Shown here in pieces: positions 9,094 through 18,767 of a stretch of DNA of 64,000 bases. This DNA comes from a virus (Duplodnaviria; Heunggongvirae; Uroviricota; Caudoviricetes). The notes beneath the pieces are model-generated. The model saw nothing but the letters and a program-made list of their open reading frames with translations, did no database searches and was not told the origin of the DNA. Each line of letters opens with the position of its first letter. The stretch's first letter is position 1. Location: the IMG/VR virus record IMGVR_UViG_3300029705_000018; one strand, 5' to 3'. The position numbers were made by a program, and so were the translations under genes.

Positions 9094-9169
9094 GGTGGGC
9101 CAGGGCGGGATTGAACCGCCGACACGTGGATTTTCAGTCCACTGCTACTACCTGCTGAGCTACCGGCCC
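9094..9169 (-). tRNA. tRNA-Phe (anticodon GAA)
   Basis: Reverse complement GGGCCGG TA GCTCAGCAGGTAGTAGC A GTGGA-CTGAAAA-TCCAC G TGTC GGCGGTTCAATCCCGCC CTGGCCC A CCA. Confidence 0.7.
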
Positions 9170-9193
9170 ATATACAAGACACATTGTTTGTTT

Positions 9194-9266
9194 TGCAAAA
9201 TGTTGGACTCGAACCAACGACCTATTGTTTATCAGACAATTGCTCACCCATCTGAGCTAATCTCGC
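9194..9266 (-). tRNA. tRNA-Ile (anticodon GAT), second copy; acceptor has two G.U pairs and no encoded CCA
   Basis: Reverse complement GCGAGAT TA GCTCAGATGGGTGAGC A ATTGT-CTGATAA-ACAAT AGGTC GTTGGTTCGAGTCCAAC ATTTTGC A. Confidence 0.5.
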
Positions 9267-9332
9267 TACAAAGCTATTTGCTGTGAGTGTCTTTATGAAC
9301 ACAAACGAAAGGAGAATCATTATGATTCTGGT

Positions 9333-9403
9333 TGCGTGGGGTCGGACTCGAACCGACAATCTCTAGCTTATGAGGCTAGTGAGTTACCATTTCTCTACCC
9401 CGC
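9333..9403 (-). tRNA. tRNA with anticodon CAT (Met, fMet or Ile2); acceptor has two mismatches
   Basis: Reverse complement GCGGGGT AG AGAAATGGTAACTC A CTAGC-CTCATAA-GCTAG AGATT GTCGGTTCGAGTCCGAC CCCACGC A. Confidence 0.45.
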
Positions 9404-9406
9404 AAT

Positions 9407-9478
9407 GGGTGCAGCCGGAGGATTCGAACCTCGTATCCAGGTTATGAGCCTAGTGTCCTACCATTAGACGACCACTGC
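9407..9478 (-). tRNA. tRNA with anticodon CAT (second of three)
   Basis: Reverse complement GCAGTGG TC GTCT-AATGGTAG-GGAC A CTAGG-CTCATAA-CCTGG ATAC GAGGTTCGAATCCTC CGGCTGC A. There are mismatches in the T and acceptor stems. Confidence 0.4.
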
Positions 9479-9650
9479 AATATCTAAGGGGGAGTTTTTT
9501 CCGGTCGGAGCCCCCACGACCGCACATGAAAGGAAATGAACCGCAAAGTAGCGGGTGGCAAAGCGGAGAATATTTTATCGCAACAGTTTGCAACCCATTT
9601 TGAGAACTTCTCTTTGGCTATCCAGTACCAACGCGTATGACTGGCGCTTC

Positions 9651-9726
9651 TGGTCCCTCGAGCTGGACTCGAACCAGCGACATCCCGGGTATGAACCGAG
9701 TGCTCTACCAGCTGAGCTATCGAGGG
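9651..9726 (-). tRNA. tRNA with anticodon CAT (third; cleanest cloverleaf)
   Basis: Reverse complement CCCTCGA TA GCTCAGCTGGTAGAGC A CTCGG-TTCATAC-CCGGG ATGTC GCTGGTTCGAGTCCAGC TCGAGGG A CCA. Confidence 0.65.
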
Positions 9727-9922
9727 ATATTGACTAGGTACAGTCCTGCGTTTCCTGTTTTAAGCCTGACTAACTATTCTAAGGGGGCAGTCCCTTGAAT
9801 TCCAAAAATCCAGGAGCCTAGTCATCTGGTAAGTAGAGAAACTGTTCTTGAAACCTCATGCATTTTTTACAAGGCTTTCAGTTTTTTATAGTCCGGACTG
9901 GGTTAGCTCAATCCCTCTACAA

Positions 9923-9999
<77 letters not shown>

Positions 10000-10166
10000 A
10001 AATAAATGATGTTGGACAGCTATCCTTTAATATGCTCTTAAGCCCTAGGGTCATATCAACACCCAAAGCAGTTTCACCACCAAAACTTGCTACTTAAAAA
10101 AGCGATTCTTTCGTCTCCTCTTCCACGCCCAGGTTTTCCGCTACGAGGTACTGGGAACATACCTTA

Positions 10167-10242
10167 TGGCAGCTTCGACGGGGATCGAACCCGCGATCTT
10201 CAGTGTGACAGACTGACGAGCACTCCACTGCTCCACGAAGCT
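10167..10242 (-). tRNA. tRNA-Asp (anticodon GTC), second copy with a different body
   Basis: Reverse complement AGCTTCG TG GAGCAGTGGAGTGCTC G TCAGT-CTGTCAC-ACTGA AGATC GCGGGTTCGATCCCCGT CGAAGCT G CCA. Confidence 0.6.
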
Positions 10243-10391
10243 ATATTAGTAAGTTTACTTTGCTTCCTTATATAGCGTTTTCCACTAAGCCACATATCTA
10301 AGGCATCAGTATTGCTCTGCGTATCCCTAGCCGGTGGTAGTTTAACTTACAAATCCATGTTAACGCTTTTACATAAAGCGGCCAAGCCGCA

Positions 10392-10467
10392 TGGTGACCC
10401 CGCCGGGATTCGAACCCGGATTATCGGCGTGAGAGGCCGACCTCCTAAACCGTTAGAGGACGGGGCC
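10392..10467 (-). tRNA. tRNA-Glu (anticodon CTC)
   Basis: Reverse complement GGCCCCG TC CTCTAACGGTTTAGGAGG TCGGC-CTCTCAC-GCCGA TAATC CGGGTTCGAATCCCGG CGGGGTC A CCA. Confidence 0.65.
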
Positions 10468-10742
10468 ATATGTGGCGCCGGTTGCCAGCGCCTTTGGGTG
10501 GACCAGGGTCTTTCGACCAGCCCAGGATTGCAGATGATATTCGCGACTATCATTTTAACGGGCCTGCTCATTTGTTTTTCTCGCCCGGTTGGTTATAGGT
10601 AACACTCTTAAACCACCGCTTTACGTCCCTTACTCGTGCTGCGGCCGCACGCAACCTGTATTTCTTAGCCCAGTTTAGGCAAAGGTTTCGCCCCGGTATT
10701 TCCAGTTTTTTCTGGTTTTCCTTCTCCTGGTGGCTTACCATC

Positions 10743-10819
10743 TGGTGATCCCACGGAGGCTCGAACTCCGATTTCCACCTTGAAAGGGTGGTGTCCTATG
10801 CCGGTTAGACGATGGGACC
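10743..10819 (-). tRNA. tRNA-Glu (anticodon TTC)
   Basis: Reverse complement GGTCCCA TC GTCTAACCGGCATAGGAC A CCACC-CTTTCAA-GGTGG AAATC GGAGTTCGAGCCTCC GTGGGATC A CCA. Confidence 0.7.
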
Positions 10820-11129
10820 ATTATTCTTCATAAAGATAACGAGGGTCTTCCATAGCATCATTCCATCCCTGGATTTCTGCCAGTTCATCAGATTGAATCT
10901 GAGTAGTGAAATCATCAAACATATTTCATTTACCTCTCTTTCTTTATCTTACATAAATATTATAACATATTTTTTTATAAAAATCAAGAAAGATTTTTTA
11001 GTTAGAATTGGCGCTAGCAACCAATATTGACGGCATCTTAGGTACCGACGCATAATGAAGACCATGCATTGAAGCCTACAACTGTTGTACTCGCACCGTT
11101 GTCGCGCCTGGTGTATTCTTGTCGATCCC

Positions 11130-11390
11130 ACCTAGGAACCAGGCTCACCGTGAGCCAATGGTGGATCATATCGGATTCGAACCGATCTGATATCCTGTCT
11201 GCCAGACAGGTGGCCACCCCAAGCAGCCCCATAACCCATATAAAAGTGATTTTCAAGCAACGAGTAAAATCACAACCCCGTTGCGGCCAGTAGAGTTGTC
11301 AGCGGTACTCTGCCCATGGCGCTTCCCCGTAAGTACTAGGTCTTTAACTTATACCCGCAGTGACGGTACCTACTCAAACATCTGCGGTGC
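11130..11390 (-). other. ORF-free structured region with a tRNA 3'-half-like element (T-arm plus CCACCA at ~11161-11200) and no matching 5' half
   Basis: ATCGG-TTCGAAT-CCGAT ATGATCC A CCA on the minus strand. Upstream there is a perfect 7-bp hairpin CCTGTCTGGCAGACAGG but no pairing 5' acceptor strand. The six-frame ORFs here (11038..11256, 11069..11293, 11281..11493) overlap each other and the tRNA-like element, and are probably spurious. Confidence 0.3.
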
Positions 11391-11393
11391 TGG

Positions 11394-11477
11394 TGGGGAT
11401 AGTGGGACTCGAACCCACACGACCTCTCGGCCATCAGATTTTGAGTCTGACACGTCTACCGATTCCATCATATCCCC
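11394..11477 (-). tRNA. tRNA-Leu (anticodon CAA), class II
   Basis: Reverse complement GGGGATA TG ATGGAATCGGTAGACGTG TCAGA-CTCAAAA-TCTGA plus long variable arm TGGCCGAGAGGTCGTGT, GGGTTCGAGTCCC ACTATCCCC A CCA. Confidence 0.65.
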
Positions 11478-11867
11478 ATGTGGCGGATTTTGATCCGAAT
11501 TCCGCGAACTCTCATTCAAGAAAAACGCATTTCAGGGTGTGCACCCCCATCCGCAGCATCACGGGTCCGGTTTCCATTTCTGGCTGAAGCCGATAACAAA
11601 TAAATTACCCTCTATTCTTAGCACCCGATGTGGGCCGTTTGCCTCTCTCGGCGGGCAACCTGCGAAAGTGTTTCTGGTTGACACATAACCTCCCAGTTTC
11701 GTTCAGAAGTTTTAGTTTTAGTCCAAACTTCTAAGCCAACACCCCTGCGAAAAATACTTGTAAATGACCAAACAACTTTAAGCCCAGTTTATAACAGAGT
11801 TATTGTCGTTATCCATAATCATAATAATAACCCCTCACCGGATAACTGGTTATAAAAAAACCGGAGA

Positions 11868-11937
11868 TTTCCCATACTGGATTCGAACCAGTATCACACC
11901 TATTACTTCGTGCGTTCTGCCATTAAACTAATGGGAC
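11868..11937 (-). other. tRNA-like gene with a disrupted anticodon stem (possible pseudogene)
   Basis: Acceptor GTCCCAT/ATGGGAA, D-arm and T-arm (ACTGG-TTCGAAT-CCAGT) fold well. The anticodon region GCACGAAGTAATAGGTGTG cannot form a 5-bp stem. Confidence 0.3.
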
Positions 11938-11952
11938 TTTCATCTACATATG

Positions 11953-12021
11953 TGTTCCTTATGGGACTCGAACCCACATCTCTTGCCCTCAAGCCATTCT
12001 CCCTACTTAAACTAAAGGAAC
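11953..12021 (-). other. tRNA-like gene of 69 nt with a perfect acceptor and T-arm but a 4-bp/4-nt anticodon hairpin (possible pseudogene)
   Basis: Reverse complement GTTCCTT TA ... CTTG-AGGG-CAAG ... GTGGG-TTCGAGT-CCCAT AAGGAAC A. Confidence 0.3.
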
Positions 12022-12023
12022 TA

Positions 12024-12100
12024 TGGTGGACCCAACCGGATTCGAACCGGTAACCCCCTGCTTGCAAGGCAGGCGCTCTCCCAGTTGGAGCTATGAGCCC
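12024..12100 (-). tRNA. tRNA-Ala (anticodon TGC) with the G3.U70 identity pair
   Basis: Reverse complement GGGCTCA TA GCTCCAACTGGGAGAGC G CCTGC-CTTGCAA-GCAGG GGGTT ACCGGTTCGAATCCGGT TGGGTCC A CCA. Confidence 0.75.
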
Positions 12101-12200
12101 AAATATCGCAACTTATTTATGTTCTGATGGAGTTGCCAACCACCCAGACTTTCAATTAGTAGCCGATAATCTAAAAGAACTGCTCGGTTCCACGAGCGTG

Positions 12201-12286
12201 TGGTGAGGATAGAGGGACTCGAACCCGTCACCCCTTGCGGGACCGGAGCCTAAATCCGGCGCGTCTACCAATTCCGCCATATCCCC
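12201..12286 (-). tRNA. tRNA-Leu (anticodon TAG), class II
   Basis: Reverse complement GGGGATA TG GCGGAATTGGTAGACGCG CCGGA-TTTAGGC-TCCGG plus long variable arm TCCCGCAAGGGGTG, ACGGGTTCGAGTCCCTC TATCCTC A CCA. Confidence 0.7.
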
Positions 12287-12456
12287 AAATGAGTGCCCCA
12301 CGAGTTTTATTATACTCTCGACTCTGGGGCCGTAATTGAGAGTGCCATGGCTTATATTTACGAGAAACTACATGGCTGAAACCTCGGTGGTCCATATTTA
12401 GGGAGTACCACAGGCCCGAGTATTATTTTTTGAAAAGGTCTTAATACTTGACCTCT

Positions 12457-12532
12457 TGGCGAACGGTGAGGGACTTGAACCCCCGACAGGTAGGTTAACA
12501 GCCTACTGCTCTACCGACTGAGCTAACCGTCC
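12457..12532 (-). tRNA. tRNA-Asn (anticodon GTT)
   Basis: Reverse complement GGACGGT TA GCTCAGTCGGTAGAGC A GTAGG-CTGTTAA-CCTAC C TGTC GGGGGTTCAAGTCCCTC ACCGTTC G CCA. Confidence 0.7.
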
Positions 12533-12785
12533 ATATGTGTTGTAAGGTGAGAACATGACAGTGAGTCGATATACTATCAGCTATTCTTCCCATTCCGTGA
12601 GAGGTTCTCAAAATACATTTTTCTGCCGATGTTCCTCGCCCCAGGACTTCGCTGATAGACGGCCTGGGCACTTCACAAAGGGATACTCTTTGTATTTCCT
12701 TTACCTTACATATATATTATAACATATTTTTTTTTGAAAATCAAATATGTTATATTTACTTAGCTTCAAGACGGAGTTTTTTCGA

Positions 12786-12816
12786 TCTTACGCTGCTCTA
12801 CCAATCTAAGCTACAC
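12786..12816 (-). other. 5' tRNA fragment (acceptor plus D-arm only; His/Gly-like GGGTGTAGCTTAGATTGGTAGAGC)
   Basis: Matches the first ~25 nt of the tRNAs at 6518..6595 and 6754..6829, but no anticodon arm or T-arm follows. Probably a truncated duplicate. Confidence 0.3.
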
Positions 12817-12874
12817 CCTTCATATCAGGGAACCGAAGTTCCCCTTAGTAGTCACCTACGCCACCTTGCCAGGT

Positions 12875-12915
12875 GAGGGAAGGGTGGTTGGACTCGAACC
12901 AACGACCTGCGGCAC
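12875..12915 (-). other. tRNA 3'-half-like fragment (GTTGG-TTCGAGT-CCAAC plus CACCCTT tail)
   Basis: Canonical T-arm on the minus strand with no complementary 5' acceptor. Confidence 0.25.
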
Positions 12916-13061
12916 CACAAGCTAATCTTTGAATCGCTGTTACCGTCTTTTATGGAAAAGGTTGTGTATGGAGAAAGAAAGTGAACCGTGCATTTCGCTT
13001 TCTTTACCTTACATATATATTATAACATATTTTTTTTTGAAAGTCAAAAAGAATTTTTGAC

Positions 13062-13433
13062 TTAGATTTCAGAGGCTCTTGCCTGAGTCTCTTCCTCTTC
13101 TTCCAAAATAAAGGAATGCTGCTCATATTCCTTAGATTCCAGGAAACTCTCTTCTACGATGCGTTCATTAGCGCCCTCGCCAGTAGTGACCAAACCCTTG
13201 GGGAACTCACCACCGAAGATTTCTTCGGAGAGATCAACCCAGGTGCCATAGGGATAGATAGCCTGGTCCACGTAACCCTCGGACAGCTCGCAGACCTCGT
13301 CGATATCATAAACACCGCCGCAACAGGCGCAGATGATAGTGTCGCCAAAAGCGATACCGGTAATCCAAGAGCCGGGTTCATCAATGTCATGGAACATGAC
13401 CTGAGTAGGAGTATCAAAATGAGGCTTGTTCAT
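13062..13433 (-). CDS. hypothetical acidic protein
   Basis: ORF of 123 aa. Conserved promoter copy at 13455-13515. Confidence 0.5.
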   Translation of the reverse strand: MNKPHFDTPTQVMFHDIDEPGSWITGIAFGDTIICACCGGVYDIDEVCELSEGYVDQAIYPYGTWVDLSEEIFGGEFPKGLVTTGEGANERIVEESFLESKEYEQHSFILEEEEETQARASEI

Positions 13434-13530
13434 AGTATCATTTCCTTTCTCAATCGTCTTTCTTTATCTTACATAAATATTATAACATATTTTTTTATAA
13501 AAATCAAGAAAGATTTTTTATCTAATTTTG

Positions 13531-13605
13531 TGGCAGGGCGACTAGGATTCGAACCTAGATACACAGTTTTGGAGACTGTAGTCCTAGCCGTTGAACGATC
13601 ACCCT
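13531..13605 (-). tRNA. tRNA-Trp (anticodon CCA)
   Basis: Reverse complement AGGGTGA TC GTTCAACGGCTAGGAC T ACAGT-CTCCAAA-ACTGT G TATC TAGGTTCGAATCCTA GTCGCCCT G CCA. Close to a canonical bacterial tRNA-Trp, with G73. Confidence 0.7.
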
Positions 13606-13968
13606 GTATTTCGTGCGGGCGTCCCCGCACTATCCGAGTCTTCAAGATTAGATGGCGTAAATCTCGGCTTCCATCTGAGCCTGCTTGACGAGTTGAGCCC
13701 ACCAAGCATTCATCATCTTCTGGATCTTCTTCATTGAGAAAAACCCCCTTTTTCAATTTTATTTGGGAGGCAATGGGATATCGGCACTACCTCCAAAACT
13801 CAATTTACGAGTTTGATTTTCTCTAAAATATTTTAGATTCATAAGATAATCTCTTATCTTGTATATATATTATAACAAATTTTTTATAAAAAATCAAATT
13901 TGTCACAATTAGCGAAGTAATATTTTTGAAAAGTCTGTGAGATAAATTGGGCGTTTCCGCCCAAAGTA

Positions 13969-14283
13969 TCACAGACCGAGACGCCGCATCAAATCATTGA
14001 CGCGCTCTCTTTCCTCAGTAGTAATTTCTGCTGGCTGGAATGCTCCGGCCGCAACCACTACATTAGGAGCATCATCTTCAAAGTTGAAATCTCCAGTAGT
14101 GGGATTATCAGAAATTGCCACAGGAACCTTAGGACAGGTCAAAGACAGTGCAATTTGAATTCGCTCACCGTTTTCTGTCGCCCACACATACAGTTTTTTG
14201 TCGTAAGTTCCAATGAAATCAGAACCGAACGCTTCTTTTATTTTTTGTTCCACATTATTTTTTGCAATTTGCCCACGAGCCAT
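13969..14283 (-). CDS. hypothetical protein
   Basis: ORF of 104 aa. Promoter copy at ~13845-13900 (which would drive 13469..13756; the real gene there is doubtful). Oriented with its neighbours. Confidence 0.45.
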   Translation of the reverse strand: MARGQIAKNNVEQKIKEAFGSDFIGTYDKKLYVWATENGERIQIALSLTCPKVPVAISDNPTTGDFNFEDDAPNVVVAAGAFQPAEITTEERERVNDLMRRLGL

Positions 14284-14296
14284 ATAAATTCTCCTT

Positions 14297-15019
14297 TTAC
14301 ACTAAAAATGTTTCTCCAAAAATCATTTCATAATTCATATTATCATATTCCCAATATGGAATTCGAACCAATGGAATATTATTTATAATAGCATAATTAT
14401 TTTTTTCTGCATCTGATGCTTGAGTACGAGACAATTTACTACGCTCCCAATTACTTTCATGATAATGTTGTTCACCATCATACTCAACTAGACGAATAAT
14501 TTTATTACTATTATCTAAAATGGCAAAATCAAAGCGTTTTTGACCTAAATTTTCTGGTTTATATTCTCTAATATAAGAAATATGATATTCTTCTAAAATA
14601 TCAATAATTTTTTGTTCACCTTTTGAAATCCTAGAAAAACATCCACAGCTAGTTGTATTACCAGTTCGTAAGTCTGATCCACTAATTGATTTTATATTAC
14701 CACATTCACATTTACAAATCCATTTTATACGACCAAAATTATCCCTTTCTGAGTCCATCTCAAGAACAGTAAGTTTACCGTAAACATTACCTTTTTCATC
14801 TTTAGCTAATGCTTCAAAAACTTTTTCATTTCTCAAGCAACCACAACTTTTCGTTGCTCCATTTTTGAGACTTAAACCAGCAATGGTTTTTATATTACCA
14901 CATTCACATTTACAATCCCAGTATGGTCGTTTATGTCGTTTTGATGCTTCTATATTTTTTGATAAAACAGTAAGTCTATGATAGGTATTACCAACAAGAT
15001 TTTCACCAGTTTTTGGCAT
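14297..15019 (-). CDS. double zinc-ribbon protein with a C-terminal PD-(D/E)XK-like nuclease-type domain (paralog of 18768..19520)
   Basis: Two repeats of the type CKCECGNIK...SCGC. The C-terminus ...RFDFAILDNSNKIIRLVEYDGEQHY... shares the F-DF...IEYDG-QHY motif with the small gene at 53213..53569. Confidence 0.5.
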   Translation of the reverse strand: MPKTGENLVGNTYHRLTVLSKNIEASKRHKRPYWDCKCECGNIKTIAGLSLKNGATKSCGCLRNEKVFEALAKDEKGNVYGKLTVLEMDSERDNFGRIKWICKCECGNIKSISGSDLRTGNTTSCGCFSRISKGEQKIIDILEEYHISYIREYKPENLGQKRFDFAILDNSNKIIRLVEYDGEQHYHESNWERSKLSRTQASDAEKNNYAIINNIPLVRIPYWEYDNMNYEMIFGETFLV

Positions 15020-15094
15020 AAAAATATCACTCTCCTTCTATCTTTTATGATTTTTCAGATAAAAAGATTGAAAATTTTTACCCAGAACTTTTTA

Positions 15095-16516
15095 TCAAAA
15101 ATATTTTTTATTCCTTCCGCCTTCATTCCTATTTTCGTAGCAATGAGGACATAAATATGTTTCAGTTTCTTCACAGTAAATCTTATCTGAGTTGTAATAT
15201 ATGTAATCACACTCTTCGCAGCGGAAACACTCTGTGTCATAACACTGTTGACAGATCAATTCTTCATTATCTCCAGCCACATATGCATCATCCACATACA
15301 TACGACGACCGCAACAAGCGCAATGAGTATAATTTTCATTCTCTTCTACGCCATATGCCAACTCGCAATTATCACATCGCATTGTTTCTGAATTATCTAC
15401 CCAGTCTTTGCCGCAATGTAGACAAGGCACAGAACCGCCCACTACAATGGGCTTTTCAATCAACTTTCTTACACCGCTTCGGCTCAAAGTATTATTGAAA
15501 ATCGCATAATAAGGATAGCGATAACAAGTAGAACGAAGAATGTCATTATAATTACGAGCATATCTGCCTTCTACAACTACCTCTTGGAGTGGAGCTAAGA
15601 ATCCGTTGACGATTACATACTGACAATTTAATGCCCGAGGATTGTCCTCAGGATTAGCATCATGCGGGACATAACTGTCGATATAGTCATCTTTCCAGTT
15701 GAAATACTTATAATAGCCGAATGGATGTTCTTGTTGAATCAGATTATTATAAATATTCAGTACGGTATCAATTCCACTTTTAGAGCTAAATGGATACTGG
15801 CGTCCCGCAAACATGATAGTGCTGTCTTCATGCTCATGAATCAACATACGCCACTTCTTAGAGTTCCACTTTACAGAACCAAAGTTAGGAAGTTCTGCTT
15901 CATCCATGCCTTTGAGATAAACCATAAAGGTAGTGCGGTCAGTCATATAACTCAGATTACCAGCACGATATTCTCCATCGAGGGCATGGCAACTGCGCCA
16001 GTTATATGTGTTCTCGCTACTGGACAGAAAATCCAAAGGATGAACTGAAAAACATAACTTACCCTTGATTTTATTCTCTTGGATAAGCTGGCTCGCTGCG
16101 TCCTGAATATTTCTCAGGGTTATGGGATTATGTTCAAAATACTTAAATGCCTTCAGTAGCTTCATTCCCTTTGGAATGTCACTACCTTCACATACATTTA
16201 CAACTTTATTTTCAAAAAATCCATCCAGATTTTCATCAATAAACTCAGCCAAAACAGGATTATTGAAAGTATCATAAACCTGGGTAGCAAAATCAGCTGC
16301 CCGACATCTCTTTTCCTTTTCATCCAAAGTAAATTCAATGGGTTCCGGCCATTCATAAATCAAACCGCCGAATCTCTCAATAAACTTTTCCTTGGCAAGC
16401 TCCCAGTCGTGGAATAGAGCATCCACCTGGGGATCGGGAATTGATTGAGAATAACGAATTACTTCGCAGAACTGTTCTTTGATTCTGTCGATTTCTCGCA
16501 TATTACCTCCGCACAA
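15095..16516 (-). CDS. large protein of unknown function with C-terminal multi-CxxC zinc-ribbon cluster (paralog A)
   Basis: 473 aa. Shares the blocks KGKLCFSVHPLDFLSSSENTYNWRSC, WRMLIH and GRQYPF with 20122..21717. The last ~110 aa contain at least 8 CxxC pairs. Confidence 0.55.
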   Translation of the reverse strand: MCGGNMREIDRIKEQFCEVIRYSQSIPDPQVDALFHDWELAKEKFIERFGGLIYEWPEPIEFTLDEKEKRCRAADFATQVYDTFNNPVLAEFIDENLDGFFENKVVNVCEGSDIPKGMKLLKAFKYFEHNPITLRNIQDAASQLIQENKIKGKLCFSVHPLDFLSSSENTYNWRSCHALDGEYRAGNLSYMTDRTTFMVYLKGMDEAELPNFGSVKWNSKKWRMLIHEHEDSTIMFAGRQYPFSSKSGIDTVLNIYNNLIQQEHPFGYYKYFNWKDDYIDSYVPHDANPEDNPRALNCQYVIVNGFLAPLQEVVVEGRYARNYNDILRSTCYRYPYYAIFNNTLSRSGVRKLIEKPIVVGGSVPCLHCGKDWVDNSETMRCDNCELAYGVEENENYTHCACCGRRMYVDDAYVAGDNEELICQQCYDTECFRCEECDYIYYNSDKIYCEETETYLCPHCYENRNEGGRNKKYF

Positions 16517-17445
16517 ATCTTACAAATTTTCTTATCTTTGGCGGGGTCCTCAATCTCATATGCCTCGCCGCACAAATCGCACCATTCAACATTACCAACG
16601 ATGCAATCGGGACAGTAGAACTTAGTCTTTCTATCAATGCCGATTACAGGGAATAATTCATATTCACTGTATAACTTTTTACATTTACCGCAATGCTGAC
16701 CATACACTACAGCACTTCTCCACCAACTAGCAGAAGAGAATACCATTTCATCATACTCAAAATCCGGAATCTCAGTTTCACACAACATCTTCTGGACTTT
16801 CGCAATGGTATCATATAATGGAGCAATATGAAGAGTTTCTACTTCACTATGCTCATCTTCATAACCAACAGACAGATTGACACCACAAATATTCCACTGA
16901 GGCATCAAGAAGCTAATGTCAGAGAATGAACCATATGCTTCACAGAAGCCGAAGCTTTCAACGTAGTCATAGAAGTCTTCATTGAAGCACTCGTAAAATA
17001 CACAATCGTTAGTACCATGACGATCTAACTGAATCATATATTTCAGATTGGGAATGGGGCAATCTCTGCTTCCCAATGCAGTTGCTCCTAAACCGCCTTT
17101 CTCTTCATCGGTAGTGAAAATAATGGCTGGCCGCAATCCACTCTGGATAATTTTCAAAATGGCAAAAATACCAGCTCGGTCATCGGCGCCAAGACCCTGT
17201 GGACTCCACAGAACGCCTTTTCGCTGGTCATAATATAAATCAGCTACGGGATTTTTGAACACAGTATCCATATGAGCGACCAGCGCAATTGGAATATCTC
17301 CAATAGCAACGATATAATCTTTCGTAACGATTACTTTCTCATACTTCTCTTTTAGGTATTGTGCCATAGCCTGGTGCAATCCTTTTTGTGTCAACGATAC
17401 TAAGCGTTCAAATAATCTATAATCTTGATTACTTAGGACTCGCAC
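16459..17445 (-). CDS. M42/M20-type metallopeptidase (aminopeptidase-like) fused to a C-terminal zinc ribbon
   Basis: Motifs VAHMDTV, GADDRAGIFAILKI, FTTDEEKGGLGA (metal-ligand pattern of the M42/M28/M20 clan). The C-terminus has CGKCKK...CPDC...CDLC...CKIC. Confidence 0.55.
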   Translation of the reverse strand: MRVLSNQDYRLFERLVSLTQKGLHQAMAQYLKEKYEKVIVTKDYIVAIGDIPIALVAHMDTVFKNPVADLYYDQRKGVLWSPQGLGADDRAGIFAILKIIQSGLRPAIIFTTDEEKGGLGATALGSRDCPIPNLKYMIQLDRHGTNDCVFYECFNEDFYDYVESFGFCEAYGSFSDISFLMPQWNICGVNLSVGYEDEHSEVETLHIAPLYDTIAKVQKMLCETEIPDFEYDEMVFSSASWWRSAVVYGQHCGKCKKLYSEYELFPVIGIDRKTKFYCPDCIVGNVEWCDLCGEAYEIEDPAKDKKICKICAEVICEKSTESKNSSAK

Positions 17446-17490
17446 AAAGTATCCTCCTTCTTTTCTTTATATTATATTATACCATTTTTT

Positions 17491-18294
17491 TTATTTATTG
17501 TCAATTGCGGACTCTTTGATGCGCTCACCGTGGACTTTACGCAACTGATCGGCAAACCGTAGTGCGCTTTCGCACAAATGGCAAGTGCCGGTCTCCATGC
17601 AGCGCTGGCCGCAATTCACACGACGAGGACCAAGATCTTCAACAATGGCACGATTATCCACATTGAAGTTCAATTCGCTCAACAACAAATTCAAATTGCC
17701 AGGCCAAATACCTTTCTGATAAACTTCCAAAAGAACTTCTTCAGTCTTGAGCTTATCATCCTTATTGTAGAACTCCATCACTTCAATGAAATCCTCATAA
17801 TGCTTTACATCTTCTGGACGAATCCAAGGACCGCAGAAGTTCGGAGCATCGGTCATATGGGTCAGATAACTGGGAACAGCCAAGTTAGGAGTGAAACGAA
17901 TCGGAGTCTTAGTGATTTTCTTCACCTGCGCCAACTCAAAGCACAAAGGTGCGCCAAGCACAATGTAACAAGGGTTCATCGCAATGATCCAACGCAACTC
18001 ATAATAAGTTGTGATTGGGAAAGGCCAGAACCATTTGACGCCAGCTTCATCCATTTCCTTTGCCATATGTAAGTTGCTGATAGCTACACAGAATTGTGGG
18101 AACTTCTCCTGATACATCTCCCAGGTCTTTTTCTCGATCGGGGCAATTTGACTGTCAACTTCTAAAATAATTCTTTTATCTGGAATTTGTTCAACAAAAT
18201 CCATAATGCGGTCTCTGTCACGATAGGCGACCCGCACTTCATCAGCCTGCTTTAGAATAGAATAAGGCTGACGACCTGATACACAGTATTTCAC
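17491..18294 (-). CDS. hypothetical protein
   Basis: ORF of 267 aa oriented with its neighbours. Confidence 0.5.
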   Translation of the reverse strand: MKYCVSGRQPYSILKQADEVRVAYRDRDRIMDFVEQIPDKRIILEVDSQIAPIEKKTWEMYQEKFPQFCVAISNLHMAKEMDEAGVKWFWPFPITTYYELRWIIAMNPCYIVLGAPLCFELAQVKKITKTPIRFTPNLAVPSYLTHMTDAPNFCGPWIRPEDVKHYEDFIEVMEFYNKDDKLKTEEVLLEVYQKGIWPGNLNLLLSELNFNVDNRAIVEDLGPRRVNCGQRCMETGTCHLCESALRFADQLRKVHGERIKESAIDNK

Positions 18295-18447
18295 TTATAT
18301 CATCTCCTTTATAATAATTATATCAATTTTTTTCTTCTTTTTCAACTTTTGGAGGAAAAAATTTCTAAGTCGACTTTTCGTTTGGGGCTGTCGGTTCATG
18401 CGCCCAGGGCCGGCCGGAGCAGGCTAATGAAAAAATGGTGGAGGATT

Positions 18448-18738
18448 TTACTCCTCCACCTTCATGTGATAATCCATAGAGCCCCATCCGCCGTTCGCCC
18501 ATCCAGAAGTTAGAGGCTTACAGCAGTATCTGTAAAAAGCTCCCATTGCAGTTCCTCGGCCATGAGAATACTTCATAACCTTTTCATTGTTTACATATAC
18601 GCTACCCCATTCCTTAGGATTCTCTTGGATAACCCTGTCACAGAACTCGGTTAGCATCATCGGAGACGTAACAGAGATATTGTAAGTGGTAGTTGCATCA
18701 CCATTATCTCTGACACGGACGAAATTTACACCTTTCAT
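18448..18738 (-). CDS. hypothetical protein
   Basis: ORF of 96 aa. Confidence 0.4.
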   Translation of the reverse strand: MKGVNFVRVRDNGDATTTYNISVTSPMMLTEFCDRVIQENPKEWGSVYVNNEKVMKYSHGRGTAMGAFYRYCCKPLTSGWANGGWGSMDYHMKVEE

Positions 18739-18767
18739 ATTTCCTCCTTTATATGCGGCCGCCCCGG

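Noticed and set aside
10312-10602. ORFs 10312..10602, 6611..6994, 9092..9286, 9555..9737, 11360..11587 and 13469..13756 in the six-frame track
   Set aside because: They run across tRNA genes (Glu, Gly, Phe, CAT, Leu, Trp). They are chance open frames in GC-rich tRNA DNA.
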